This document shows positions 9,257 through 19,078 of a DNA stretch of 49,512 nucleotides, piece after piece. Below the pieces are notes generated by a model, which did no database searches, was not told the DNA's origin, and saw only the letters and a list, made by a program, of their open reading frames with translations. The stretch comes from Candidatus Omnitrophota bacterium. Lineage in GTDB: Bacteria > Omnitrophota > Omnitrophia > Omnitrophales > Aquincolibacteriaceae. A program made the translations under genes and the position numbers. Where the stretch lies: assembly GCA_028713205.1 (NCBI GenBank), contig JAQTOZ010000001.1, forward strand, positions 1 to 49,512. Direction: 5' to 3'. Positions within the stretch are counted from its first letter, which is position 1; each line of letters opens with the position of its first letter.

Positions 9257-9362
9257 TCACGATCGCCCTAAGTTGTCCTTGGTGTTCGGAGCGGATGAAC
9301 GGATATTCTATCACGGCGGAGTTGCATGCAAAAACAAGCTTTTTTTGAAGTGTGGCGGCGAT

Positions 9363-10748
9363 TTACGCGGAGTAAGACTTAAAAAATTTAAGAGTGTTGC
9401 TCAGCAAGGTTTTGATCTCCCGCCATGACGCGATGGTTTTCATGTGTTTCAGGATGTATTTGGGGCGGTAGTAAAACCGGCGGTAGGCCTCGCGCAGTTT
9501 GGCGTCGATTTGCTCGTTGGTCAGGTTCTTGTGAGTGAAAGTGGGGCGTCCTTTGAGAAACGAATCATAATCGTCCCAATTATCGGTGACGATCCGGTTT
9601 TCGCTTTTGAGCTGCTTGTAGATGGCGGTCCCCGGGTAAGGTGTTGTTTTCGTGAACTGCGCATAGTCAGGATCCAGTTCGATCGCAAAGCGTATCGTTT
9701 GCTCGATGGTCTCTTCGGTTTCCTCGAGATTCCCGATCATGAAATAGCCTGCCGATTCGATACCGGATTCTTTGACGAGCCTGACCGCGCGCCGGACTTG
9801 TTCGAGCGTGATGCCTTTGCTGATCGACCTTAGAATGTCCTGATTCCCGGATTCAATGCCGAGCCCCGCGCGATAACACCCCGCCGTTTTGAGCTTTTGC
9901 AGGAGTTCCGCCGAGACCGTCGGGACGCGGATACCGGCTGGCAAGGTCCAGGGCAAATTGATTTTTCTTTCGACGATGAGGTCGCAGACCTCCATGGCGC
10001 GCTTGGGGATGGAAGTAAAACTGTCGTCGATGATGGCAAACTCTTCGATGTGAAAGGTGCTTTTTAAATATTCGATTTCGCCCACGATGTTTTTAGGGCT
10101 GCGCACCCGGAACATGCTGCCGAAAATGTCCTTGTAACAAAAAGTACAGCGCGCCGGACAACCACGCGAAGAGAGAACGGGCAGGGTGAATTCTTTTTTC
10201 CTAAAATCGCTTTTGTATCGGTGAATGGGAAAGAGTTCCCAACTCGGATAAGGAAGCGAGTCGAGATCGGCGATCAATTCGCGGTCCGGATTGTGCTTGT
10301 TTCGGCCGTCCGCCTTGTAGGAAAGGCCGTCGATTTTTTCCAGGGCAATGTTGTTTTCGAAATAATCGCAAAGTTCGGACATCGTCACTTCGCCCTCGCC
10401 GCGGATCACGAAATCGACACCGAGGTTGAGCAGTTCGTCCGGGAAAAGAGTCGCATGCGGGCCGCCGACTTGGATTTTGATGTTGCCGTCTTTGGATTGA
10501 ATGCCGCCGATAATTTTAACGGCATTATTAAAAGTCGGGGTCGAAATGGAAATGCCGACCATGTCCGGAGACAAACTGAGAATTTTTTCCGTGGTGGCTT
10601 CGACACCCATCTCTTCGGCATCCGAGGAGACAACGGCCACCTCTGCTTTTTTTTGCTTCAGGATTGACGCCAAATAAGCCAGGCCCACCGGCGGCGAAGT
10701 GCTCGTCGTAATATGCGGAATCGGAGGATATACCAGAACGACTTTCAC
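9363..10748 (-). CDS. B12-binding-domain radical SAM protein (class B radical SAM, methyltransferase-like)
   Basis: N-terminal cobalamin-binding-like Rossmann region (MKVVLVYPP...VGISISTP...GGPHATLFPDE), then the radical SAM cluster motif CPARCTFC and a GIESG motif. Confidence 0.85.
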   Translation of the reverse strand: MKVVLVYPPIPHITTSTSPPVGLAYLASILKQKKAEVAVVSSDAEEMGVEATTEKILSLSPDMVGISISTPTFNNAVKIIGGIQSKDGNIKIQVGGPHATLFPDELLNLGVDFVIRGEGEVTMSELCDYFENNIALEKIDGLSYKADGRNKHNPDRELIADLDSLPYPSWELFPIHRYKSDFRKKEFTLPVLSSRGCPARCTFCYKDIFGSMFRVRSPKNIVGEIEYLKSTFHIEEFAIIDDSFTSIPKRAMEVCDLIVERKINLPWTLPAGIRVPTVSAELLQKLKTAGCYRAGLGIESGNQDILRSISKGITLEQVRRAVRLVKESGIESAGYFMIGNLEETEETIEQTIRFAIELDPDYAQFTKTTPYPGTAIYKQLKSENRIVTDNWDDYDSFLKGRPTFTHKNLTNEQIDAKLREAYRRFYYRPKYILKHMKTIASWREIKTLLSNTLKFFKSYSA

Positions 10749-10979
10749 GATGCTATTTTACAATCCCTTTGTTTGTAATAGGTTACGGCCGAGCATTCCG
10801 ATTCAAGTCCCTGACGTTATGCTCTCTGTCTCGTATCGATAAAGTATCGGCATAACCGGGAATGTCCTAAATAACAGTCCGTGGATAAATTAGCACTTTG
10901 TCACAGAACGGTCAAAAAGGTGTTTGCGACCGGTCGGCGACGGGTTTGGACCGCTGAAAACCATAGCGAAGTGCGTCGG

Positions 10980-12101
10980 CTACTTGTAAAACTTGTCGCC
11001 GAATTCGTGGATGAGATCCAAGATTTTCCGGATGTCGGGCTGCATCAAATCGGGATAAAGCGGCAGCGTCAATAATTTTTTCCAGATGCTCTCGGCGACG
11101 GGTAGTTTGCGGTAATAGGGCTTGTACACGCCGTAGAGATGATTCGGATAATAATGGACACCGGTCGAAATACCTCGTTCCTGCAGAAAAAGGTTGAGGT
11201 CGTCCCGCTTTTCAAGCTTGATAACGTAATTGTGAAACGAGCAGCGTGTGTAGGCATGTTCCACGGGGGTCTCAATCCAGGGGAGGTCCTTCAATCCTTC
11301 GCGATAGACGTCGGCGATTTCCCGCCGGCGTGCGTTGAGACGGTCGAGCTTCTTAAGCTGCACAAGCCCGATGGCCGCCGAGATATCATGCATGTGGCAT
11401 TTGAAGCCGACTTCTTCGACGTCATACTGCCAATCGTATTTTTTACCCGCTTTTTCCCGCTGCCAGGTTCCCTTGGAAATGCCGAGCCATCTTAATTTGC
11501 GGAGCCGTTCGTAGATGTCCTTGTCATTGGTGGTGATCATTCCGCCTTCGCCGACCGCCAGATTTTTCACGGCATGAAAGCTGAAACATCCGACATCGCC
11601 GATCGACCCTAGTTTTTTCCCTTTGTATTCGCCGCCGCAACCGTGGGCGGTGTCCTCGATCACTTTCAGATTGTATTGTTTTGCCAGCGCCAGCACTTTG
11701 TCCATGTCGCAGGCGTGGCCGCCGTAGTGGACGACCGTGATCGCCCCCGTTTTCTTGCTGATCAGTTTTTCGATTTCATCCGCGTTGATGTTGACGGTAT
11801 CCGGAGTGACATCGCAAAACACGGGAACGCCGTCGTTGTACAAAATGGCGTGATTGGTCGAGACAAAGGTGATGGGGGTGGTGATGACTTCACGTCCTTC
11901 GACGGACATGACGTGATAGGCGAGATGAAGCGCCGCCGTGCAGGAATTGAGGCCGACGGCATATTGCACGCCGATATATTTTGCGAACTGTTTTTCGAAT
12001 TCTTCGGTCCGCGGGCCTAAACCGATCCAGCCGGACTCCAGGACGGGTTTCAGGGCCTCGTATTCTTCATGGTCATAGGCCGGTTTGAAAACAGGGATCA
12101 T
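10980..12101 (-). CDS. DegT/DnrJ/EryC1/StrS family sugar aminotransferase (PLP-dependent)
   Basis: 373-aa ORF with family-typical blocks: GWIGLGPRTEEFEKQFA, NSCTAALHLA, FSFHAVKNLAVGEGG (PLP Lys context), WQYDVEEVGFKCHM. Confidence 0.9.
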   Translation of the reverse strand: MIPVFKPAYDHEEYEALKPVLESGWIGLGPRTEEFEKQFAKYIGVQYAVGLNSCTAALHLAYHVMSVEGREVITTPITFVSTNHAILYNDGVPVFCDVTPDTVNINADEIEKLISKKTGAITVVHYGGHACDMDKVLALAKQYNLKVIEDTAHGCGGEYKGKKLGSIGDVGCFSFHAVKNLAVGEGGMITTNDKDIYERLRKLRWLGISKGTWQREKAGKKYDWQYDVEEVGFKCHMHDISAAIGLVQLKKLDRLNARRREIADVYREGLKDLPWIETPVEHAYTRCSFHNYVIKLEKRDDLNLFLQERGISTGVHYYPNHLYGVYKPYYRKLPVAESIWKKLLTLPLYPDLMQPDIRKILDLIHEFGDKFYK

Positions 12102-12126
12102 GCTCAGCTCCTCAAAGGACCGGGGT

Positions 12127-13146
12127 TTATTCTTTCAGAGCGATTTCGCGCGCTGAAAGACGGTATTTTTTGAAAATTTCGGTAATTTCTTTATCGGATA
12201 TTAGCTTTCTCTTCTGAATCTCTTTTCTTTTTCGAAAGAGGGCGGGCAGGGAACCGAAGAAGGAGATGTAGACCTTGATCAGTATCCCGATCAGCCGGGT
12301 ACGCGAAAATTGCTTGGCGAATTCGCCGGCGGCGCCTTTGCCGGAAAGCGCGCCGTAACTTTGATAAAAATAACGCGCGAGCGTGTAAAAAGGCCCGGCC
12401 AGCAGCAGAGGCAGGGGGAAACACTTGAAGGCCACCCAAAGTCGGTTTCGTTCGACGAGAAACGCTTTAAAAGGCGAGTATGTCCCGGTGGAGGCGGAAT
12501 GGCAGTGATACACGACAGCCGCCGGTTCATAAATGCTTTTCCACCCGCGGAGTTGGGCACGCCAGCCCATGTCGGCTTCCTCGGCATAACAGAAGAAGTC
12601 TTCGTCATAAAGTCCGATATCATCGATCATGGCCTTCCGGTAGAGGCAGGCGCCGTCGGACGGATAAAAGACCTCTTGTTTTTGATTGAAGCGGTCGGTC
12701 TTTTCCATGCGTCCGCGGCCGATCGAAAGGCCGTCTTCATAGACCGCGATGCCGGCCGCGTCGACCGTGTCCCGGTGTTGGTCCAACAACAATTTTGTGG
12801 CGCACGAGCCGTAACGCGAATTTTCGTTGATGGTCCGGACGCATTTTTCGATGCAATTCGGTTCCATTTCGGTATCGTTGTTCAGCATCATATAATATTC
12901 GCCGCGCGCAACTTTGAATGCGCTGTTGTTGCCGCCGGGGAACCCTTTGTTTTCCTTGTTTTTGACGAGAATAACGCGCGGGAAATTTTTCTCGATGAGT
13001 TCCACGGAAGTGTCGCTGGAGGCATTGTCGGCGACGATGACCTCCAAATGAGGATAGGTTTGCCTGAAAACGCTCTCGAGACACCGTCCGATGGTTTTGG
13101 CCCCGTTCCAATTGGGGATGATGACGGATACCAACTCGTTTTGCAT
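12127..13146 (-). CDS. Glycosyltransferase family 2
   Basis: VSVIIPNWNG...LESVFRQTYP..EVIVADNASSD, NKGFPGGNN, YMMLNNDTE (DxD-like), and the GT2 acceptor-side pattern. Confidence 0.85.
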   Translation of the reverse strand: MQNELVSVIIPNWNGAKTIGRCLESVFRQTYPHLEVIVADNASSDTSVELIEKNFPRVILVKNKENKGFPGGNNSAFKVARGEYYMMLNNDTEMEPNCIEKCVRTINENSRYGSCATKLLLDQHRDTVDAAGIAVYEDGLSIGRGRMEKTDRFNQKQEVFYPSDGACLYRKAMIDDIGLYDEDFFCYAEEADMGWRAQLRGWKSIYEPAAVVYHCHSASTGTYSPFKAFLVERNRLWVAFKCFPLPLLLAGPFYTLARYFYQSYGALSGKGAAGEFAKQFSRTRLIGILIKVYISFFGSLPALFRKRKEIQKRKLISDKEITEIFKKYRLSAREIALKE

Positions 13147-13337
13147 CTTAGCTCCGATTTACGATTAGGGCCGTTATGGAATTAGAGCCGACTATTGCCG
13201 GGCACATCAACGGCCGGTTTCAAGCGCCGCAGGCTGAAAAAGTCCAGGACATAATTGCGCGCAACAAAGGTATAATAGATCAGATCCTCGGCGGAGTCCA
13301 GAGGGCGTATCCGATAACCATGACGGAGGGAATGAGG

Positions 13338-13856
13338 ATGAAAAAGATAGTGATCGGCAGTGCTTTGTTTTTATTGGTTTTTGCGTGCCCGGATGTGCGC
13401 GGACAAGATGTTGAAGTGGAAGATACGGAAACGCTTCCCGTTCAATCCGAAGAGACGGCATTGATTTTTGGGACGGTCCTTGATGTGACGCCGGATTTTA
13501 TCCGGCTGCGTTATTATGATCAGGAAAAGGAGCTTCTCAAAGACGAGGTTTTCCAATTCGGCGAGGCCACGAAATTTGAAGATGCTTATGGCATTCAGGA
13601 CATCCGGAATGGTGATTCGGTCGAAATTGAGTATCGGACGGTCAAGGGCGAACGGGTGATCCGGTCTATCACATTGAACAAATCCAAAGGGCGGAAGGCC
13701 TCCGTCGCGAAGCCTTCTCCGGCGGTCCTTGCCAAGAGCTTGAAGAGGGCAGGTGACAAATTTTCCGGAGACGCGGTGGGCCTGGTCGCGGAAGAACTGG
13801 AAAAAGGCGAGAAGAAAGTTAACCGGGAAGATCAGGAAGTGAATAACGCGAACTGA
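13338..13856 (+). CDS. Secreted hypothetical protein (signal peptide, Lys/Glu-rich C-terminus)
   Basis: GGAGGG at 13325-13330, then ATG 13338 (ATG 13332 is also possible). MKKIVIGSALFLLVFACPDVRGQ is signal-like. No family recognised. Confidence 0.5.
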   Translation: MKKIVIGSALFLLVFACPDVRGQDVEVEDTETLPVQSEETALIFGTVLDVTPDFIRLRYYDQEKELLKDEVFQFGEATKFEDAYGIQDIRNGDSVEIEYRTVKGERVIRSITLNKSKGRKASVAKPSPAVLAKSLKRAGDKFSGDAVGLVAEELEKGEKKVNREDQEVNNAN

Positions 13857-13871
13857 GCACAAGGTGAAGTT

Positions 13872-15053
13872 ATGGCAACCGATCCGGTATGCGGAATGGA
13901 TGTCCGGGAAAGCGACGGCTTGCGGCTGACGGCCGGCGGACAGGCCTTCTTTTTTTGCAGCCGTCACTGCCTTGAAAAATTCGTCCGCGAGCGCGGAATA
14001 TCTCCGGCAACGGGGGATGGGGATGTGTCGTGCTGCGTCTCCGGAAGGAAACGGCCGTTTTACCTCCATAAAACCTTCCTGACGGCGTCCGTGATTGCCG
14101 GGCTGCTGGCTTTGTCCTACGGTGTTCCGCTGTTGGTGCCGTTCCGGGAATCCTTCGCGGCCTATTTTCGCATGGTTTGGTGGGCGATTCTTCTAGGCAT
14201 TTTTCTGGGCGGTATGATCGACCATTTTGTGCCCCGTACTTACATCTCTCATTTGCTGGCGCAACGGGGGCGAAAAACGATCCTGCGTGCCGTCGGTTTG
14301 GGCTTTTTCATGAGCGCTTGCTCCCACGGGATTTTGGCGCTCTCGATGGAGATTCATAAGAAGGGGGCGTCGAACCCCGCCGTCGTGGCCTTTCTCCTGT
14401 CCAGCCCCTGGGCCAATTTGCCGCTGACGATCATGCTTTTCGGTTTTTTCGGTGTCAAAGCTCTATACCTGGTTCTTTCAGCGATTGTGATTGCGGTCAT
14501 AACCGGCTTTGTCTATCAATGGTTGGAAGGCCGCGGATGGATTGAAACCAACCGGAATAGTGTGTCGACCGAAGCCGGATTTTCGATTCTCGCCGATGTC
14601 GGACAAAGAATGGCCGGATACCGTTTCTCTTTCCGGTCGTTGGGAGCGGCCCTCCAGGGGATTTATGCGGGCATGGCGGCTTTGGGCGGTATGGTGATTT
14701 GGTGGATATTGATCGGTATGACGATCGCAAGTGCCGCCGGGGCTTATGTCCCGGCGCATGTTTTCGACTCTTATATCGGGCCGAGCGTTGCCGGACTTTT
14801 GATGACGCTGGTTGTGGCCACGGTGATCGAAGTCTGTTCAGAAGGCTCGGCACCGATGGCCTTCGAGATTTACCGGCAAACGGGGGCTTTCGGCAACAGT
14901 CTAGTTTTCCTGATGGCGGGTGTCGTTACGGATTATACCGAGATCGGTCTTTTATGGCATAACGTCGGGAAAAAGACGGCGATGTGGCTGCCGGCCGTGA
15001 CGGTTCCGCAGGTTATGCTGCTCGGTCTTTTGGCCAATCATCTTTTTAAATGA
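13872..15053 (+). CDS. Predicted permease (ArsP/DUF318-like) with N-terminal YHS/TRASH metal-binding domain
   Basis: N-terminus DPVCGMDV...FFFCSRHCLEKF is YHS/TRASH-like. It is followed by ~8-10 TM segments with CSHG and CSEGSAP motifs typical of COG0701-type permeases. Confidence 0.75.
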   Translation: MATDPVCGMDVRESDGLRLTAGGQAFFFCSRHCLEKFVRERGISPATGDGDVSCCVSGRKRPFYLHKTFLTASVIAGLLALSYGVPLLVPFRESFAAYFRMVWWAILLGIFLGGMIDHFVPRTYISHLLAQRGRKTILRAVGLGFFMSACSHGILALSMEIHKKGASNPAVVAFLLSSPWANLPLTIMLFGFFGVKALYLVLSAIVIAVITGFVYQWLEGRGWIETNRNSVSTEAGFSILADVGQRMAGYRFSFRSLGAALQGIYAGMAALGGMVIWWILIGMTIASAAGAYVPAHVFDSYIGPSVAGLLMTLVVATVIEVCSEGSAPMAFEIYRQTGAFGNSLVFLMAGVVTDYTEIGLLWHNVGKKTAMWLPAVTVPQVMLLGLLANHLFK

Positions 15054-15943
15054 ATCCGGTGACCGATACTGAGGTACCAATAGCCCCACAATTTATCCTG
15101 CCATAAACCGGCCGGGATCGCATGGCATACATGAAGGGCCGCTTTGCCGAGGCGTCTGTCTTGATAATGAGTGATTAATTGCGGGTATGAAAAGTTAATT
15201 TTGTTTTTGTATTCCTGACAGGCGTCTCTTAAAAAATGATCGAATGCCCACGCGTACACTTCGTTTTTTTCGATCGCAAACCTTTCTTTTAAACGGGCCC
15301 CCGCTTGTGATGGATGGATCCTGCATTTTACCAACGGCTCGGGGATGTGGCAAAAATCATACGCTTGCGAAAACTCAAACCACTTTTTCGAATCTTGAAC
15401 CAGCCGCAAATTTTCATCAAACAACCCCATCTGATCAAAGCATCTTTTGGGGATCAAAAGAGCGCACCCGTTGAGGACCCACCCCAGCATCATCGCATAC
15501 GGCAGGGCTTCCCGGGCGAAGGCTTGAACCCTTTTTTCCCCAGTGATTTTCGATTGAGGGTCCATCATATACCAATCACTGTATAAAATAATTCTGTCCG
15601 CCTGGTCCACATGGCCCCGTAAATAGCTGATTTGCGTTTCTAATTTGTTCGGCAGATAAACATCATCATGGCTCAACCACGAAAAATATTCGCCTTTCAT
15701 TTCTTTGATCGCCCAATTTAACGCGGTTGAAACACCGCCGTTTTTCTTTGGGAAATAGCGTATTTTATCGCCATAGGACAGCGCGACCGCCTCGGTCTTG
15801 CCGCCGTCATCGGACCCGTCATTGACAACGATAATCTCAAAATTCCGGTAAGTCTGTGCCAAGGCGCTGTCAATGGCCTCTTCGAGGTAGCTCTCCCCGT
15901 TATAGACGGGTATGACGATCGAAACTTTGGGATTAAATGTCAT
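15038..15943 (-). CDS. Glycosyltransferase family 2
   Basis: VSIVIPVYNG..YLEEAIDSALAQTY.NFEIIVVNDGSDD and the WLSHDD DxD-type motif. The 3' end overlaps the convergent permease by 16 nt. Confidence 0.85.
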   Translation of the reverse strand: MTFNPKVSIVIPVYNGESYLEEAIDSALAQTYRNFEIIVVNDGSDDGGKTEAVALSYGDKIRYFPKKNGGVSTALNWAIKEMKGEYFSWLSHDDVYLPNKLETQISYLRGHVDQADRIILYSDWYMMDPQSKITGEKRVQAFAREALPYAMMLGWVLNGCALLIPKRCFDQMGLFDENLRLVQDSKKWFEFSQAYDFCHIPEPLVKCRIHPSQAGARLKERFAIEKNEVYAWAFDHFLRDACQEYKNKINFSYPQLITHYQDRRLGKAALHVCHAIPAGLWQDKLWGYWYLSIGHRIHLKR

Positions 15944-15998
15944 TGGAAATATGTCCGGTATTCAAATTTTGCATCGGCTATGGAATGTCAGTCCGGGA

Positions 15999-16973
15999 TC
16001 AAACGAAATTGCCGTGTTTCATGTCCGATAACAGCGCGCCGATAAAACGATTGTATTCATCATAATAGCACCGGTCGCAAAGATGTCCATCGAACCATTT
16101 CTGTTTTTGGTAGATTTCGTCCAGCGAATCGAAATCGCCCATTTGCATGTCGGATGCAAAATCCAGGTCGTGTTTCTTTTTGGCGTATTGAACGCCGCAG
16201 CAAGGATAAATCATGCCATCCGGCCCCAGCACCGGTCTTAACAAACTGACGTAACAATGTTTTTGGCCGCGCAAATATTCTTTTCGGCCCTGATAAATGA
16301 CGAGGGAATCATCCGTGCCGCGCAGCGTCTTTTTGACGACGGCCATGGGCGGGCTTTTATCCAGGCGAAGCAGATCGCAGATGATGCGGACATGCGTAAA
16401 ATTATTTTTATTGGCGTACTCCACGAGGGCCATCAGGTTCGCCGGGTCGAAGCGGTCCGTGACCACATAACTAAAGCCCCAATCAACCTCGGGCGCTTTC
16501 CCGACGGCCCAATCGAGTGCCTTCCGGATCTGATTGACACTTTGTTCGTCCGAGCAGGAAACGCGGCACCAGGTCAGCGAACGCAGCGAAGTTTGCTTCA
16601 ATCGGTCCAAGCGCAATCCGTTTGTCGCCAGGCTGACCTCAATGCCCTTGTCGATAAAATTCATGATGAGCTCATTGATCTTGGGATACAGCAGCGGTTC
16701 CCCGCCACCCGTCAGCGTTACGGCCTTCATGCCCAGCCGTATCAGTGTTGCGGTCGCATCGATCGCTTGGGCAAAGTCCATCTCCAGGTTTTGATTTCTT
16801 TTTTTGCAGGAACAAAATGAGCATTTGAAATTACACCGGTTGGTCGGCATGAACTGTGCGTAAAGCGGGATGATTTTTTTCTGCAGGAGTACATGATCAA
16901 GGAAATTCTTGTGCTTGCACAGTTTGATCGGGAAACTGTTAACTGAAGTATAAGAAGCTTTTTGGGTATCCAT
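15999..16973 (-). CDS. Radical SAM protein (function unknown; Cys-rich C-terminal half)
   Basis: CNFKCSFC (Cx3Cx2C) followed by TLTGGGEPLLYP. Additional C-terminal cysteines (YPCCG, CDRCYY). Confidence 0.75.
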   Translation of the reverse strand: MDTQKASYTSVNSFPIKLCKHKNFLDHVLLQKKIIPLYAQFMPTNRCNFKCSFCSCKKRNQNLEMDFAQAIDATATLIRLGMKAVTLTGGGEPLLYPKINELIMNFIDKGIEVSLATNGLRLDRLKQTSLRSLTWCRVSCSDEQSVNQIRKALDWAVGKAPEVDWGFSYVVTDRFDPANLMALVEYANKNNFTHVRIICDLLRLDKSPPMAVVKKTLRGTDDSLVIYQGRKEYLRGQKHCYVSLLRPVLGPDGMIYPCCGVQYAKKKHDLDFASDMQMGDFDSLDEIYQKQKWFDGHLCDRCYYDEYNRFIGALLSDMKHGNFV

Positions 16974-16999
16974 GCGATCAAATCCTCATATCTTTTGTG

Positions 17000-18283
17000 T
17001 CATGCTCGCTCCGCAAGGATTGTCTCATACATGCGAAGGACGTTGTTGCGAATAAGGGTTTCGTCATAATGCTTTTTCACGGCCTCGGCATTGATTTGAG
17101 CGGCATGATCTACCCAAACATCATCCGTCAGTGCTTTCTGAATGGCAATGGAAATTTTCTGCGGATCCTCGGGCGGAACCAGTCGGCCATTTTCACCGTC
17201 ATGGAACCATTCGGGCACTCCCATTGTATCGGATTGTATCGGGAAGGCCCCCATCAGACATGCCTCTAAAAAAGAATTGGAGAGGCCGTCCGAAAGGCTC
17301 AGCCCGATCGAGATACGGGATCGGCCGTGTAACCGGAGCATGTCCTCATGGGAAGACTGAGGGACGATCTCAACTTTTATACCCGCTGATTGGGCTAAAT
17401 TCTGTGACGCGTTCCGGACATCCTCGTCGTGCACCGAATACAAAGCGACAGTGTATCTTTTTTGGATGATCGTTTTTGCGCATAATTGCAACGCGCGTAT
17501 CCCGAACAAGGCCCGCCCCCTCACGCCTTGATATCCTTTCAAAACAATCAGAGTCCTTTTCGAGGGCGTGGGCTCCGTGCACAATGGTTGCGCTTTGACC
17601 CAATTGTATCCGCCGCCGACCGGTTGAACCGGCAGGACTTCTTTCTCAAATCCGTATTCGCGCGACAATCGGGCATCGCGTTGGCAGTCGCACAAGAAAT
17701 AGTCGCATTTCCGCAAAATTTCTTTGACGGTTGATTCGTGCTCTGGCCAACGGCCGAAAAAATAAAGCTCATTGCCCCAGCAAGTCACGATCCACGGCGC
17801 CGTCTTTCCGTTGAGCAAATCGTATGCCCTGGAAACCAAACGGCCTCCCCGCAACATTTCCAGGGAATGGACCATGTCCGGCCTGAGCTTTCGAATCGAC
17901 TGCGCCAGCCCAAAAGTCTCGTCCCCCGAAGCCGGAAAAAGTTTCTGCATGAAATGCCGGCATTTGTTTTTTGCCTTATGAAAAAATCCGGGCGCGTTTG
18001 GAATGGGCCCATGCATCGTCACATGATTTAACAGGGGATGCGGTCCGGCTTCGTAAGAAGGGAATAGATGAACGTCCCATTTTCGGTCTTCACGTTGTTT
18101 GACCCAGCGCCCCGTGTGCACGCTGTCCGGCGGCGCAACGAATAAAATAGTTTTCTTTTTGGCCACGTTTTTAGTTATCCGTTTATCAGAGCCGTTAATA
18201 GGGGAGCAGCTTTGGCGTTTGTTTGCGATATTGCCCATAGGCGGATCGCCAGCTGCGTGAAAATATGTTAAAAAAGATACCAC
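17000..18283 (-). CDS. GT-B fold glycosyltransferase (GT4-like)
   Basis: C-terminal GT4-type block GLSNSFLEACLMGAFPIQSD...HDGENGRLVPPEDP. The track start (GTG 18283) overlaps the upstream gene by 89 nt. Alternative starts are ATG 18238 or GTG 18166 (VAKKKTILFVAPP). Confidence 0.65.
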   Translation of the reverse strand: MVSFLTYFHAAGDPPMGNIANKRQSCSPINGSDKRITKNVAKKKTILFVAPPDSVHTGRWVKQREDRKWDVHLFPSYEAGPHPLLNHVTMHGPIPNAPGFFHKAKNKCRHFMQKLFPASGDETFGLAQSIRKLRPDMVHSLEMLRGGRLVSRAYDLLNGKTAPWIVTCWGNELYFFGRWPEHESTVKEILRKCDYFLCDCQRDARLSREYGFEKEVLPVQPVGGGYNWVKAQPLCTEPTPSKRTLIVLKGYQGVRGRALFGIRALQLCAKTIIQKRYTVALYSVHDEDVRNASQNLAQSAGIKVEIVPQSSHEDMLRLHGRSRISIGLSLSDGLSNSFLEACLMGAFPIQSDTMGVPEWFHDGENGRLVPPEDPQKISIAIQKALTDDVWVDHAAQINAEAVKKHYDETLIRNNVLRMYETILAERA

Positions 18284-19055
18284 GGGAATTCAAGGCTTTG
18301 GAGGGAACTCTTCCCCAAATAAAATGGCCGCAATAAGCGCAGAGACGGAGGGTTTGATCGGACAGGTCATCCCCCTCGGGAGGGAGTGCTTTTCGTCCCA
18401 GGTCGAGTCCTACGATCCGATCAATCCCGCCGGCAATCGCGCAGCAATAATACCCGTAAGGGGTCATCCCCATGCCGCAGCAGGACCGGATTTCGCAGCC
18501 CGCTGAGTAATCGAAGAAAAGATGCGCAACATCATCACGCGGGGCATCGTTGAAAGAGATGTGCTCATAACCTTTGTTTTCCTTGCGAGTGTTTTCGATT
18601 TTATATTCTACCGGGACTTTTTTTAATGCTTCCCCGACCGCAGGACCGGACCCGTTCGTTACCACGGTCAATTTCGTATCCGGGGAGTTGCGGAGTTTGT
18701 ATTCTCTCAGGCGGTCCAGGATCTGCGAAAAATCGGGATGTAACGCCGGTTCCCCCCCCACAACCCGAATGACTTCCCACCGGCGTTTGTTGTCGATGCT
18801 CTCCTGGATAAATTTTTCGATTTGTTGCAGGCTTATCCGTTCAGGGCTCGGGGCCTGGGTGCAGGACCGATTACAAGCCGGGCATTTCAAATGGCAGAGA
18901 TAGTTGATGTCGATTTCGATTTTGCGGCAACTCGTTGTCCATTTTGCGGAAAAGATTTTGGACATAATTTTTATCTGCCGGATGAAATGGTAATAAACGA
19001 ATTTGAAAGGAGCTTGGGATGGTTGCGTTAAATGGGCATTCAGGGAAGTCGGCAT
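18195..19055 (-). CDS. Radical SAM protein (small, Cys-rich C-terminus; function unknown)
   Basis: CHLKCPAC (Cx3Cx2C) and VVGGEPALHP. Extra cysteines follow (CEIRSCCGMG, YYCCAIAGG, CAYCGH). An alternative start at MSKIF (18965) is possible. Confidence 0.6.
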   Translation of the reverse strand: MPTSLNAHLTQPSQAPFKFVYYHFIRQIKIMSKIFSAKWTTSCRKIEIDINYLCHLKCPACNRSCTQAPSPERISLQQIEKFIQESIDNKRRWEVIRVVGGEPALHPDFSQILDRLREYKLRNSPDTKLTVVTNGSGPAVGEALKKVPVEYKIENTRKENKGYEHISFNDAPRDDVAHLFFDYSAGCEIRSCCGMGMTPYGYYCCAIAGGIDRIVGLDLGRKALPPEGDDLSDQTLRLCAYCGHFIWGRVPSKALNSRGIFFNIFSRSWRSAYGQYRKQTPKLLPY

Positions 19056-19078
19056 CGGATTTTTGACGCGTCACGTGT

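Noticed and set aside
9257-9362. Possible promoter (TTTGCA-16-TAGAAT on the minus strand) and a 19-codon ORF (MQLRRDRISVHPLRTPRTT) between the B12-radical SAM gene and the transglutaminase-7TM gene
   Set aside because: The promoter match is weak. The mini-ORF has no RBS and no precursor-peptide-like features (no Cys/Ser/Thr-rich core). It is noted only because a radical SAM enzyme is adjacent.
12310-13185. 291-aa plus-strand ORF antisense to the GT2 gene, plus comparable antisense ORFs at 20323..21102, 22263..23114, 23111..23647 and 13371..14069
   Set aside because: Each lies opposite a gene with clear family motifs, lacks motifs of its own, and has skewed composition.
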